Shown here: in pieces, positions 38,472 through 49,087 of the stretch
Position numbering within the stretch: position 1 is the first letter of the stretch
Layout of the letters: every line of letters starts with the position of its first letter
Assembly (NCBI GenBank): GCA_052279835.1
Contig: CP181291.1
Span: forward strand, 3,456,001 to 3,520,000
From: Microcoleus sp.
GTDB taxonomy: Bacteria > Cyanobacteriota > Cyanobacteriia > Cyanobacteriales > Microcoleaceae
Length of the DNA: 64,000 nucleotides
Reading direction: 5' to 3'
The notes under the pieces: generated by a model
The model's input: only the letters and a program-made list of their open reading frames with translations
What the model was told of the DNA's origin: nothing
Database searches by the model: none
Made by a program: the position numbers and the translations under genes

Positions 38472-39890
38472 ATGTATGCTCAACAACTTGAATTATTTGA
38501 ACTATTTAATTCAAATTCTATTGAAAATTCCCGATCGCAATTAACGTTCGTAGACTTATTTGCTGGAATTGGTGGCTTTAGAATCCCTCTCGAAGAATTA
38601 GGATGTAAATGTTTAGGGTATTCAGAAATTAATAAAAAAGCAATTCAAGTTTATCAAGATAATTTTATTAAAGATGCCAACTCAGACGAAGTATATTTAG
38701 GAGATATTACCAATCTAAATCAATTGCCTTTTGCCATTGATCTATTAGTCGGTGGTGTTCCCTGTCAACCTTGGTCGATCGCAGGTAAATTACAAGGTTT
38801 GGACGACCCAAGAGGCAAGTTATGGACAGATGTATTTAGGGTGGTCAAAGCTAATCGTCCCAAAGCCTTTATCTTTGAAAATGTCAAAGGTTTGACCGAA
38901 CCAAGAAATATAGAAAGTTTGAAATACATAATTGATAATTTGACATCATCTGCTTATGTTGTCAAATACAAGGTGCTAAATTCCTATGATTTTGGATTAC
39001 CGCAAGATAGAGATAGATTGTTTATTGTTGGGATTAGGAACGATCTAGAAAGATGTTGGGGGTTTACATTTCCGAAACCAATCGAGCGTGCGCTCAAGCT
39101 TTATGATGTAATACCGGGGATTCAGCGTAGCAATTTTACAAAGCAAAAATTTTCACCAACCGTTTTATTTGATGGCAAAATACCGGGTTCCAGAGGCAGA
39201 TTTCAAAAATTAGATGAATTAAATGACTTTTTCTTATTTACTGATATTAGAGATGGACATACTGCCATTCATTCTTGGGATTTAATCGAAACAACTAGCA
39301 GGGAAAAATTCATTTGTCAAACGATTATGAAAAATAGGAGAAAAAATATTTATGGAGAAAAGGACGGCAATCCTTTAGGCTTTAAAGTGTTAGCAACACT
39401 AATTTCTGAATTGAAACCAATAGAAATTGATAAGTTAGTTGACAAACAAATTTTGCGGAGGGTAGATGATAAAGGTTATGATTTTGTTAATTCTAAAATT
39501 TCTTCAGGGATTAACGGCATTTCTAAAATTTTCTTACCTCATGCGGAGGCGATCGCAACTTTGACTGCAACTGGAACTAGAGACTTTGTGGCAACAATCT
39601 CGATTCCATGTCAAGAACCCTTAGCATATAAGCAAACATTTATTAGGGAAATTTATGAAAAGAAAAACTTTCAACCTTTAACAGCACAGGATTACGCAAA
39701 ATTGCAAGGATTTCCCGAATGGTTCAAGATTACTGAAAATGAAACTACAGCAAAACATCAATTGGGTAATGCTGTATCAATTCCTGTGGTTTACCATTTA
39801 GCCAAAGCATTACTAGAACTTATAATGTGCGATCGCACTTGGTCCATCACCCTATCATTGAGCAGTCCCTTTTCTGCTACCATAGATTAA
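38472..39890 (+). CDS. DNA (cytosine-5)-methyltransferase, orphan
   Basis: DLFAGIGG, GGVPCQ, FENVKGL, PQDRDR, LQGFP, QLGNAV motifs. Confidence 0.93.
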   Translation: MYAQQLELFELFNSNSIENSRSQLTFVDLFAGIGGFRIPLEELGCKCLGYSEINKKAIQVYQDNFIKDANSDEVYLGDITNLNQLPFAIDLLVGGVPCQPWSIAGKLQGLDDPRGKLWTDVFRVVKANRPKAFIFENVKGLTEPRNIESLKYIIDNLTSSAYVVKYKVLNSYDFGLPQDRDRLFIVGIRNDLERCWGFTFPKPIERALKLYDVIPGIQRSNFTKQKFSPTVLFDGKIPGSRGRFQKLDELNDFFLFTDIRDGHTAIHSWDLIETTSREKFICQTIMKNRRKNIYGEKDGNPLGFKVLATLISELKPIEIDKLVDKQILRRVDDKGYDFVNSKISSGINGISKIFLPHAEAIATLTATGTRDFVATISIPCQEPLAYKQTFIREIYEKKNFQPLTAQDYAKLQGFPEWFKITENETTAKHQLGNAVSIPVVYHLAKALLELIMCDRTWSITLSLSSPFSATID

Positions 39891-39979
39891 AAGATGTCTA
39901 GATGGCTGAGTATGGTTATCACAGATTAATTTTCAGCTAGGGCTATTAACCTTTGTATAATTTAAAACATAGTAAACTC

Positions 39980-40882
39980 ATGAGAATATCTAAGAACGAT
40001 TTTTTTTTCTACTCCTGCTTGCTGCTTTCCTTGTTTGCTGTAGCAGGATGTACCTCTAGTTCCAAAAAACAAGTTGTCATTTGCTCGAAAGATTTTTCTG
40101 AACAAGTCATTCTAGCCGAAATTTTAGCGCGCCGTATCGAAGCGAAAACTGATATTAAGGTGGAACGGGAACTGAATCTGGGAGGTTCCCTTTGTCATCA
40201 ATCCCTCGCCGCAGGTAAAATTGATTTGTACGTCGAATATACGGGTACTGCTTACACCAATATTCTTAAACAAAAGACCGCTTCTGATTCCAAACAAGTC
40301 TTTAATTATATCAAACAGGAGTATCCGCAACAGTTTAAAGCAGAATGGATTGAACCCCTGGGATTTAATAATAGTTTTGCCATTATTATGCGGGGAGATG
40401 ATGCGAAAAAATTCAATTTACAAACTATTTCGCAATTAGCAAAGGTTTCACCGAAACTGCGGGCTGGTTTTGGACCAGAGTTCAAAGAAAGAGAGGATGG
40501 ATTTCCGGGATTGGCTAAAACTTATGGGATTAAATTTGCGGAAGAACCGAAGGAATTGTTGTTAGGTTTGTTGGTGCAGGCTTTGCAACAAAAAGAGGTG
40601 GATGTGATTGCTGGGAATACTACTGATGGTTTGATTGAAAGTTTCGGTTTGGTGGTGCTCAAAGATGATAAGAACTATTTTCCTTCCTATGAAGCAGTGC
40701 CTGTGGTGCGATCGCAAATCTTGACAAAATACCCAGAATTGCGATCGGTCCTCGCAGAATTGGGCGGGAAAATATCAGAAGCAGATATGCGGAAAATGAA
40801 TTATCTAGTTGATGGAAAACAACAGGATGCTGGAGAAGTTGCACAGCAGTTTTTACAGCAAAATTTTGGTAATTCTAATTAA
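39980..40882 (+). CDS. Glycine betaine/osmoprotectant ABC substrate-binding lipoprotein (OsmF/OpuBC-like)
   Basis: Lipobox VAGC, SKDFSEQVIL, YVEYTGT, LGFNNS, LKDDKNYFPSY. Confidence 0.9.
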   Translation: MRISKNDFFFYSCLLLSLFAVAGCTSSSKKQVVICSKDFSEQVILAEILARRIEAKTDIKVERELNLGGSLCHQSLAAGKIDLYVEYTGTAYTNILKQKTASDSKQVFNYIKQEYPQQFKAEWIEPLGFNNSFAIIMRGDDAKKFNLQTISQLAKVSPKLRAGFGPEFKEREDGFPGLAKTYGIKFAEEPKELLLGLLVQALQQKEVDVIAGNTTDGLIESFGLVVLKDDKNYFPSYEAVPVVRSQILTKYPELRSVLAELGGKISEADMRKMNYLVDGKQQDAGEVAQQFLQQNFGNSN

Positions 40883-40966
40883 GAGAACAGGCAAGATGCC
40901 TGTTCCATAAACTAAACCAAAAAACATCTTAAAAAGCCGCCCTCACCCACTAAAAACCCCCAAAGA

Positions 40967-41857
40967 TTATGTATTAGTGATAAATTTTAAAATGTGTTGG
41001 GCGGTAATCTGCGGTTTTTCTAAGTGGGGAACGTGTCCGCAATCGGGTATCCAAATTAGTTCAGAATTGGCGATCGCCTTGGCAAACTTTTCTGCATCCG
41101 CCGTCCCCAAAATTCGGTCTTGTTTTCCCCACAAAATCAGGGTTTGCTGCTGAATCTGCGACAATTTTTCCCCAAAACCACAGTAACCACCGCTTTTGGT
41201 AAAAGCAATTAAAGCTTGATTCCAATTGGGCATCTCTAGGTGTAGCGCGGCGCAAGTTTGAGCATCGACAGAAGCGAAGGTTTTATCAAAATAAGCATTA
41301 AGGCTAATATTTTGGCGAATTTTAGGGTTGCGTAAAAATGAAGTTGCCAAATATCCTAAAGGCGGAATTAAAAATTTGCCATTATTAGAAGTGATGGCAA
41401 AACCTGCACTGTCTATTAAGATTAATTTTTTGACAAGTTGAGGATGATTGAGCGTGAAATCAATTGCTGCTGCACCTCCCATGGATGCACCAATTAAGAT
41501 AACTGGCTGCGAAATTAGGGTTTTCCAAAAATAGTAGAGATGAGTACCGATCGCCTTTGCACTAAAAGGCAAACCAGTCAATCTTTCCGTAAAGCCAAAA
41601 CCTAGCAAATCCACCGCCCAAGTTTCATTTTTTTCGGCCAGCAGCGGCAACAGACGGCGGTATTCAAACACCGAACTGTCGAAGCCGTGAATTAGCAAAA
41701 TCGGTGTGTTTCCAGTACCTTGCTTGACGTAGGTGGTGGCAATGGGCTGCGGGCTGAGGGGGGTTGTAATGACTGTTTGTTGAATGTTTTGGGCTAAAGC
41801 TATGGATGTGGATTCTGTTAGCTTGGCGATAGATGTTGGCAGGAAATTTGCTGGCAT
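40967..41857 (-). CDS. Alpha/beta fold hydrolase
   Basis: LIHGFDSS, GASMGG, WGKQD, GHVPHLE. Confidence 0.92.
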   Translation of the reverse strand: MPANFLPTSIAKLTESTSIALAQNIQQTVITTPLSPQPIATTYVKQGTGNTPILLIHGFDSSVFEYRRLLPLLAEKNETWAVDLLGFGFTERLTGLPFSAKAIGTHLYYFWKTLISQPVILIGASMGGAAAIDFTLNHPQLVKKLILIDSAGFAITSNNGKFLIPPLGYLATSFLRNPKIRQNISLNAYFDKTFASVDAQTCAALHLEMPNWNQALIAFTKSGGYCGFGEKLSQIQQQTLILWGKQDRILGTADAEKFAKAIANSELIWIPDCGHVPHLEKPQITAQHILKFITNT

Positions 41858-42022
41858 AATTCTCGATCGATTGTTAATCTGTACGGGGGAGCGGGTTAAG
41901 TATATATGCTCGATCGCTATTGTAGGGCGATCGGCGATCGGGCCATGAAAATTCGATCGCCATGGAGAATTATTTTTCCCAGCATACTAACAATAATGGC
42001 TGAGGACGCTTGTTTAAGTGAA

Positions 42023-42269
42023 TTTATTTGAGAACAATTGCTAATAAACTATTTTTCATATAACATGATAAACAGCAGGAATTGTCGCATACACAGGATT
42101 TTACCGCAGAGCAGCATCTAACCCAAGACAGATTTAAGCTCTCTTGGCCCCAAAAATCAGCCTAATTTCCGTCTCTGGGCGATTCCAGTGTCCGAAATCT
42201 CTAACTGCAAGGGAAATCTCAAAATGCGTAAAATTGCGATGCTTCAAGTATATTGAGAATATATGTCAA
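42023..42269 (+). promoter_or_regulatory. Two candidate Fur boxes upstream of feo operon
   Basis: TTTATTTGAGAACAATTGCTAATAAA (42023-42048) and TTGAGAATATATGTCAA (42253-42269), AT-rich imperfect palindromes. Confidence 0.5.
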
Positions 42270-42325
42270 GTTCTTAGTGCCATGAAGCCCAACAACTTGC
42301 TGCTAAAACCGATATCACCAAGGCC

Positions 42326-42701
42326 ATGAAACAAAACACAGAAGACTACACCGAACAATACCAAGAGTCAAACCCCAGACATTTCGAGGGTTTCACCTTT
42401 TACGGCGAGACACCAGAAGTCTCTGGAAGCGAAGACAGCCGCCAAGAAACTCAGCCTGGGGTATCCGAAGGTAAATCATTCCCCCTAGCAATGGCTAGCG
42501 TCGGCGAGAAACTGCGGATTGTCAAACTTAAGGGTTCAGAAGGCACGGTGCGCCGCCTGATTGGCATGGGATTGGTCCCCGCTATGGAAGTTCATATCGT
42601 CAGCAATTCTGGTGGTTTCTGTGATTGTGGCAATTGGTGACAACCGCATCGGTTTGGGGGCTGGTATGGCACAGAAAATTATGTGTAGGAATTCTGCATA
42701 G
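42326..42701 (+). CDS. feoA: FeoA with N-terminal extension, frameshifted by one extra T at 42616-42618
   Basis: FPLAMA..G..RRLIGMGL; removing one T gives GGSVIVAIGDNRIGLGAGMAQKIMC..*. Confidence 0.85.
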
Positions 42702-42880
42702 CTCTAAAAAAATTGTATCTACAGCAATCCTATTTGATTTGTGACTAATATTTTTTTTATTAACCGCAGAGGGCGCAGAGGGCGCAGAGGAAGAGTAAAG
42801 AGAGTTGTTCGCACATTTTGAAAGGGTTGCTAGATTCAGGAGTTTAATTTGTTCACATTTAGACTGTATTACAACAATTG

Positions 42881-43123
42881 ATGAACGATAAAAAACAATT
42901 AGGGGATTTAGCTGTTGGTGCCATCGGCCGCGTCGTTGGTTATGAGAAAACAGCCCGGGGTTATAAGGGCAAATTGTTGGCAATGGGGCTGACACCGGGA
43001 ACTGAATTTACTATCACTAGGCACGCACCTTTAGGAGACCCTGTAGAAATTTTGGTGCGGGGTTTTAAACTCAGTTTGCGCAAAGATGAAGCTAAAAGTC
43101 TATTTGTAGAAGAAGTGAAATAA
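42881..43123 (+). CDS. feoA: FeoA
   Basis: KLLAMGLTPG..APLGDPVEI.VRGFKLSLRK. Confidence 0.95.
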   Translation: MNDKKQLGDLAVGAIGRVVGYEKTARGYKGKLLAMGLTPGTEFTITRHAPLGDPVEILVRGFKLSLRKDEAKSLFVEEVK

Positions 43124-45462
43124 TGAGCAAGCAAATTATTGGATTGGTAGGCAATCCTAACTGTGGCAAAACTACTTTGTTTAATGCCTTGACTGGTGCT
43201 AACCAGCGAGTAGGGAATTGGCCTGGAGTAACAGTGGAACGGAAAGAGGGAAAATATACTCATGATGGTTTAGCTATTACTATTGTTGACTTGCCGGGAG
43301 TTTATTCTCTGGATGCCGAAGATGGGGATACCGGACTCGATGAATTGGTGGCGCGAGATTATTTGCTATCTGGTGAAGCGGACGTCATTATTAATATTGT
43401 TGATGCTTCTAACTTAGAGCGAAATTTGTATCTGACTACCCAAATTTTGGAGATGCGCGTACCGACAATTTTGGCGCTGAATATGATGGATGTTGCCAAG
43501 GAACGGGATGTCAGAATTAATGTTAGCAAACTTGCTGAACGTCTTGGCTGTACGGTTGTGCCGATGAGTGCTTCTTCCAATCAGGGTGTTCCTTTATTGC
43601 GGGATGCGATTAATCGGGCCCTGGCTAAGTCGATCGTCCCATCTGCCTATGTCGCTTATCCGGCTGCGATCGAAGATGCGATCGCCCAACTCATACCACA
43701 CATCGAAAAATACAGTCCCCATCGCACTGTAGATGCCCGCTGGACAGCCCTGAAACTGTTAGAATACCAGGATGAAGTCGCCCCGGAACTCGCCCATACA
43801 GAACTCGAAAAAATCGTAGTTCCGCACCGTCGCAGAGTCCATGAAACCCTAGATGATGACCTCGATATTATCATCGCCGACAGCCGCTACACCTTCATCC
43901 GCAACTTAACCCAAGGTGTCGCTGAATGTTCTAGAGAAGTCAAAACCAGCGTTTCCGACAAAATAGACCAAATTGTTCTCAACCGTTTCCTAGGAATTCC
44001 CGTATTCTTAGCGGTAATGTACCTGATGTTTACGATTTCGATTAATGTCGGTGGCGTGTTTATCGACTTTTTTGATATCTTTTTTGGCACAATTTTTGTC
44101 GATGGTTTCGGTGAATTATTAGCCAGCATTAGTACGCCCGGATGGTTAATTGGGCTCCTAGCAAAAGGTGCGGGCGGTGGTGTTCAAACCACATCTACAT
44201 TTATCCCTCAAATTGGGATGATGTTTTTGTGTTTGTCAGTTTTAGAAGACTCCGGCTACATGGCGCGGGCGGCTTTTGTGATGGACAGATTAATGCGATT
44301 TGTGGGACTTCCCGGTAAATCCTTTGTACCGATGATGGTAGGTTTCGGCTGCAACATCCCCGGAATTATGGCGACGCGGACTTTGGAAAATAAGCGCGAT
44401 CGCACAATGACAATTATGATGAATCCATTCATGTCTTGCAGCGCCCGATTAGCAGTTTACGCCCTATTTTGTGGCGCATTCTTCCAAGTCGGCGGTCAAA
44501 ATATGGTATTGGGACTTTACCTAATCGGAATTTTAGCAGCAGTTTTCACCGGACTCATTTTAAAAAATACCCTTTTGCAAGGAGAAGCAGCGCCCTTTGT
44601 GATGGAACTGCCACCCTATCACATTCCCAAACTCAAAGGAGTGCTACTGCGTACTTGGGATAGACTCAAAGCGTTTATCAGAAAAGCCGGAATTGCGATC
44701 GTGATCATGGTAATTATACTAGGATTTATGAGTTCAGTCGGCACCGATGGTTCCTTCGGCAAAGACAACACCAAAGACTCAATTCTTAGCGCAGTTGGCC
44801 GCGCCGCAACACCTGTATTTACACCAATGGGAATCAGCCAGGAAAACTGGCCCGCCACCGTCGGTTTACTAACAGGAGTATTTGCCAAAGAAGTAATGGT
44901 TGGAACCTTAGATTCCCTATACACGGAACTAGCAGACGAACAAAAAGCCATAAGTGGAGAACCGGAGAAAGAAGAAGAATTTAGCTTCTGGGGAAACATT
45001 GGTAAAGCATTTGTCAGCATTCCAGATAATCTAGCAAAACTCCCCGGTCAACTTTTCGATCCCCTCGGCTTGAGTTCAGCCAATATAACAGATAAAAAAC
45101 AAGCAGAAGAAGCCCAAGGTATCTCTGGTAGCACCTACGGACAAATGTCCCAGCGGTTCGGTTCTAATACCGCAGCTTTTGCCTATTTGCTATTTGTATT
45201 ACTGTACTTTCCCTGCGTCTCCGCCACAGCCGCACTTTACCGCGAAACTAACTTAGGCTGGACAATATTCGCGGGTTCTTGGACTACTGGTATCGCCTAT
45301 TTCACAGCAGTTGGATACTATCAAATCGCCACATTTTCGCAGCATCCACAATCATCTATTGCTTGGATTGTCGGACTAATAATAGCTATGGGTGTGACTC
45401 TTCTGGGATTAAAACTGGCTGGTGGAAAACGAGCAAAGCGGCGCGAAGTAATCAGTAGTTAG
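43123..45462 (+). CDS. feoB: Ferrous iron transporter FeoB
   Basis: GNPNCGKT, GNWPGVTVE, DLPG, NMMD, PFMSCSAR, AKE, LYFPC. Confidence 0.97.
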   Translation: MSKQIIGLVGNPNCGKTTLFNALTGANQRVGNWPGVTVERKEGKYTHDGLAITIVDLPGVYSLDAEDGDTGLDELVARDYLLSGEADVIINIVDASNLERNLYLTTQILEMRVPTILALNMMDVAKERDVRINVSKLAERLGCTVVPMSASSNQGVPLLRDAINRALAKSIVPSAYVAYPAAIEDAIAQLIPHIEKYSPHRTVDARWTALKLLEYQDEVAPELAHTELEKIVVPHRRRVHETLDDDLDIIIADSRYTFIRNLTQGVAECSREVKTSVSDKIDQIVLNRFLGIPVFLAVMYLMFTISINVGGVFIDFFDIFFGTIFVDGFGELLASISTPGWLIGLLAKGAGGGVQTTSTFIPQIGMMFLCLSVLEDSGYMARAAFVMDRLMRFVGLPGKSFVPMMVGFGCNIPGIMATRTLENKRDRTMTIMMNPFMSCSARLAVYALFCGAFFQVGGQNMVLGLYLIGILAAVFTGLILKNTLLQGEAAPFVMELPPYHIPKLKGVLLRTWDRLKAFIRKAGIAIVIMVIILGFMSSVGTDGSFGKDNTKDSILSAVGRAATPVFTPMGISQENWPATVGLLTGVFAKEVMVGTLDSLYTELADEQKAISGEPEKEEEFSFWGNIGKAFVSIPDNLAKLPGQLFDPLGLSSANITDKKQAEEAQGISGSTYGQMSQRFGSNTAAFAYLLFVLLYFPCVSATAALYRETNLGWTIFAGSWTTGIAYFTAVGYYQIATFSQHPQSSIAWIVGLIIAMGVTLLGLKLAGGKRAKRREVISS

Positions 45463-45586
45463 TTAACAGTTATAGCAACCGCCAAGGTGGTTAGGATACT
45501 TCCGGTCACTGAGCGTAGTCGAAGTGGCGACTGCTATAACTGTTGACTGTTAACTGCGTTTAAGAATCAAACAAAGGAGAAAAGCC

Positions 45587-45853
45587 ATGATTTTAAGCGA
45601 CATCCAAAAATTTATTGCTGACAACAAAAGAGCCTCTATCGCGGATCTCAAAATCCACTTCCGCATGGATGGTGATGCTTTGCGCGGAATGCTAAATCGC
45701 CTAATTCGTAAAGGCCGAATTAGCAAAATGGCAGAAGCCAAAAAGTGTGGCGGATGCGGCAGTTGTGCCGACGATGCCACCGAGATTTATGTATGGGTAA
45801 ATCCAGGTGAATTGGTTTCAGAAAAAGAGCCAGTTTCTGCAACTTGCCATTAA
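45587..45853 (+). CDS. feoC: FeoC-like winged-helix protein
   Basis: wHTH with CGGCGSC; follows feoB. Confidence 0.85.
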   Translation: MILSDIQKFIADNKRASIADLKIHFRMDGDALRGMLNRLIRKGRISKMAEAKKCGGCGSCADDATEIYVWVNPGELVSEKEPVSATCH

Positions 45854-45882
45854 GAAATTAGGAGACTGCACGGTGCCCATAA

Positions 45883-46087
45883 GTGTCAACTTAACGTAGA
45901 ACCCATAGTCCGACAAGGGTTAAAACCCCTGCCTCAAAGCTAAAGTCCTCTAAAGAGGACTGAAGAGGAGAATTTTCAACTCATTAGTCCTCTTTAGAGG
46001 ACTTTAGCTATTAGACAGGGAATTCATTCCCTGGCGGACTGGCGGGCGAGCAAGAGGATTGGCAGGCTTTCAGGCCTAGGTTGACAC
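45883..46087. mobile_element. Miniature element with GTGTCAAC..GTTGACAC ends enclosing a family D palindrome
   Basis: Terminal inverted repeats; same ends in opposite orientation at 50118-50278. Confidence 0.6.
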
Positions 46088-46153
46088 CAATGGGCTTGGC
46101 CTTTGTCCCTACAATTAATCACGGTTAACTAATAACTAACCACTAATGACTAA

Positions 46154-46999
46154 CTAATTCTTCATCCCCACCCCAACATACATAATCGAAGTATCCTCAT
46201 TAATTTGGATTTTAAACAACCCAGACTTTTTGTAATCAACATAATTACCGAAATTAGACATTAATGTTTGAGATGCTTGTTTCATGACACCCGAATCTGG
46301 AAATAGCTGCTTTCCGCTCATCAAATTTCCCCAAAAACCATTCATCTGAGCTAAAAGAGCGCCGATTTCGCCAAACATATCAAAACCTTTAATTTCGATT
46401 TTGCCAAAACCAGTATTACCCATCACCACAGACAGTTCTTCCGGCGTAATAAACTTGTCCCAATCGTGAACGCCCTTCCTAATTTCCTGCAAGATATTTT
46501 CCATCAGCCCAATCATCACAACTTGCGAGGAAAAAGTTCGATTAATTGTATCAAAAAAGAACAATCCTCCAGGTTTCAGAATTCGGTGAACCTCAGACAC
46601 AACTTGTTTGTAATCGGCAACGTGTTCTAGAACATCAACACAAATTACCACATCAAAGGTATTGTCATCGTAGGGCATATTTTCGGCAAAACCTTGTCTG
46701 TAGTCAATCTCGAAACCGCTAATCACTGCATGATTTTTGGCTGCTTGAACGCATTTCTCAGATTGGTCGATTCCCGAAACGATAGCGCCTCTCTCTGCCA
46801 TAAACTCGCAGGAGAAACCGCCACCACAACCAACATCTAAGGTTTTCAATCCCTGCCAATTTGTCGCGTGTCTGTCGAAAAACTCAAATCTGGGTTTGTT
46901 GAGATGGTAAAGAGCGTAGATTTTAGATTTTTCGTCCCACCAATTATCGGCGTTTTCATCATAAAATTCTAAATCATTTTTGACTTCAGTTTTTACCAC
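46154..46999 (-). CDS. UbiG-like SAM-dependent O-methyltransferase
   Basis: WWD..LN.PR, LDVGCGGG, DVLEHV, TINRT, HDWDKFITPEEL. Confidence 0.85.
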   Translation of the reverse strand: MVKTEVKNDLEFYDENADNWWDEKSKIYALYHLNKPRFEFFDRHATNWQGLKTLDVGCGGGFSCEFMAERGAIVSGIDQSEKCVQAAKNHAVISGFEIDYRQGFAENMPYDDNTFDVVICVDVLEHVADYKQVVSEVHRILKPGGLFFFDTINRTFSSQVVMIGLMENILQEIRKGVHDWDKFITPEELSVVMGNTGFGKIEIKGFDMFGEIGALLAQMNGFWGNLMSGKQLFPDSGVMKQASQTLMSNFGNYVDYKKSGLFKIQINEDTSIMYVGVGMKN

Positions 47000-47075
47000 T
47001 GTCTATTTCCTACTTAGAATAGTTTACATCGCCACAATTTATGATTATAATACTTTTCCCATGAATTTCAACCCG

Positions 47076-47807
47076 ATGAATCGCGTTTCTATTATTATCC
47101 CCACTCTGAATGAAGCGACTTGTCTGGAACGTACCCTGCGTCAACTCAGCATTCTCAATCCTGCTGCTTGGGAGGTGTTGGTGGTAGATGGTGGTAGTCA
47201 AGATGAAACAGTGGCGATCGCCCTTTCCTGCCAAACCCAGGTTATTTATAGTAATATACCCGGACGTTCCGTACAAATGAACCTAGGTGCGCAAACCGCC
47301 ACGGGGGACATTCTGTGCTTTCTCCACGCTGATACTTTAGTACCAGATGACATCGTAGCCGTCATCCAGAAAACCCTGTTTGACAGTCAAATAGTCGCTG
47401 GCGGATTTATCTCTCTGATGTCGGGTTCCCAACAAACAAGATGGGGTTTTTCGCTACATAATTACCTGAAAACTTACTATGCCCCGTTATTATTTCGTCC
47501 TCATTTATTTATCAAAGGATTGCGGTTAATCTTTGGGGATCAAGTGATTTTTTGCCGTCGTACAGATTTTTTAGAATGCGATGGTTTTGATGCAAAACTA
47601 CCAATTATGGAGGAAGCAGATTTGTGTTTAAAATTAGTCAGACTAGGTAAAATTAAGTTAGTCAATAGGATAGTCGAAAGTAGCGATCGCCGAGTTGCCT
47701 CTTGGGGGGAATTTAAAGCAATTTTTATCTATCTTGCGATTGGTTTTTTGTGGGGTTTTGGAGTTTCTGGGAAGTATTTAAAACAATTTTATGAAGAGGT
47801 TCGCTAA
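47076..47807 (+). CDS. Family 2 glycosyltransferase (TIGR04283-like)
   Basis: SIIIPTLNE, VVDGGSQD, GRSVQMNLGA, FLHADT, FGDQ, PIMEE, SSDRR. Confidence 0.87.
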   Translation: MNRVSIIIPTLNEATCLERTLRQLSILNPAAWEVLVVDGGSQDETVAIALSCQTQVIYSNIPGRSVQMNLGAQTATGDILCFLHADTLVPDDIVAVIQKTLFDSQIVAGGFISLMSGSQQTRWGFSLHNYLKTYYAPLLFRPHLFIKGLRLIFGDQVIFCRRTDFLECDGFDAKLPIMEEADLCLKLVRLGKIKLVNRIVESSDRRVASWGEFKAIFIYLAIGFLWGFGVSGKYLKQFYEEVR

Positions 47808-47889
47808 CCAACAAACTGCCCTTACTCATCATCAAGAACAGGCAGGAAAGCCTGTTCCACCAAGAATTACATTCATTGGGATTATAAAT

Positions 47890-48555
47890 TCAAGAGCCAG
47901 AAACATTATCCAACTGCTGGCGGCCATTGCGAACCACACGCAGCGCATCGCTGAGCTTACGCTCAATATCGTCGAGAACTTGATCCGCGTAGTCGTCTGC
48001 CCCGTTTTGAATTTCCTCGCATTCAGCCATCACCCTCGCTCTCATTTCTGCCAATTCTTCTTGAGCTTGATAGCGAATTTGTTCAACTTCCGCCAGCGTT
48101 GCTTGCTGAATTGCTTCACAGTCAAGCAATACCTGTTGTCGCAACTGATCCGCTTCCACCTTCGCCTGCTGGATCAGGCCCATATCGTTTAAAAGCTCTG
48201 CCGCTCGCTGTTCTGCCGCTTCTATGACTTCTTGAGCATAGAGTTCGGCCTCTTGCAGCAAGTCATCCTTGTGGCGGATAATCAACTCGGCTTCCTGAAA
48301 GGCGATGGGCAAATTTAGCCTCACCAAATCTAGCTGGTCAAGTAACTGTTCTTCATCCACCAGAGTACGTCTGGTCATGGGGATACGCGGACTGTCGAGA
48401 ACAATTTCCTCAAGCCGATTCAATTCCCGCTGGATGTCTACTCCTGCGGTTCTGCTGTCGTCTCCGAAGGCGGCTGGGTTCTGAGGTGGTTCGTTCTCAG
48501 TGGTGCGTCCGGTGCTGTTGGGTTCGATACGAGTTGGTTCCTGCTGGCGTAACAT
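47890..48555 (-). CDS. cdv3: DivIVA-like cell division protein Cdv3
   Basis: [16 protein letters not shown], coiled coil, [18 protein letters not shown]; downstream of coaD. Confidence 0.85.
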   Translation of the reverse strand: MLRQQEPTRIEPNSTGRTTENEPPQNPAAFGDDSRTAGVDIQRELNRLEEIVLDSPRIPMTRRTLVDEEQLLDQLDLVRLNLPIAFQEAELIIRHKDDLLQEAELYAQEVIEAAEQRAAELLNDMGLIQQAKVEADQLRQQVLLDCEAIQQATLAEVEQIRYQAQEELAEMRARVMAECEEIQNGADDYADQVLDDIERKLSDALRVVRNGRQQLDNVSGS

Positions 48556-49016
48556 TGGTAAATATCTAGGGCGACGTGTTTCGGAACAAGATGATCTACG
48601 GAGCCACCAAACTTGGCTATTTCTTTCACTACACTACTACTTAAAAAGCTGTAGGCATTAGAAGTCGCCAAAAAGACTGTTTCAATTTCACCCAACAGGG
48701 TTTTATTGGTGTGGGCCATCTGGAGTTCCATTTCAAAGTCTGTTAATACTCGCAGCCCCCGTAGCAGCACTTTGGCTTGTCGGATTTTAGCATAGTTTAC
48801 TGTCAAACCCTCAAAACTATCTACTTCTACGTTTGGCAAGTGTTGGGTAGAGCGCCGAATCTGTTCTATCCGTTCTTCTACGGTGAATAGAGGGACTTTG
48901 CTGGGATTTCGGACTATGGTCACGATTACTCGATCGAACAGTTTACAGCCTCGCTCGATGATATCTACGTGACCCAAAGTAATCGGGTCAAAGCTGCCTG
49001 GATAAATTGCAATCAC
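48438..49016 (-). CDS. coaD: Pantetheine-phosphate adenylyltransferase
   Basis: [25 protein letters not shown]. Confidence 0.97.
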   Translation of the reverse strand: MIAIYPGSFDPITLGHVDIIERGCKLFDRVIVTIVRNPSKVPLFTVEERIEQIRRSTQHLPNVEVDSFEGLTVNYAKIRQAKVLLRGLRVLTDFEMELQMAHTNKTLLGEIETVFLATSNAYSFLSSSVVKEIAKFGGSVDHLVPKHVALDIYQCYASRNQLVSNPTAPDAPLRTNHLRTQPPSETTAEPQE

Positions 49017-49087
49017 AAATTCGGCCCGATGCGGTAATTAACATGACTAAAGGAAAAATACCAGTTTCTCGGAAAACTCTGGACTTG

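Noticed and set aside
46154..46999. Gene symbol ubiG
   Set aside because: Family resemblance only; cyanobacteria lack ubiquinone, so the function is not transferable
48438..48555. 118-bp coaD/cdv3 overlap as a novel feature
   Set aside because: Explained by a low-complexity C-terminal run-on of CoaD in a common gene pair
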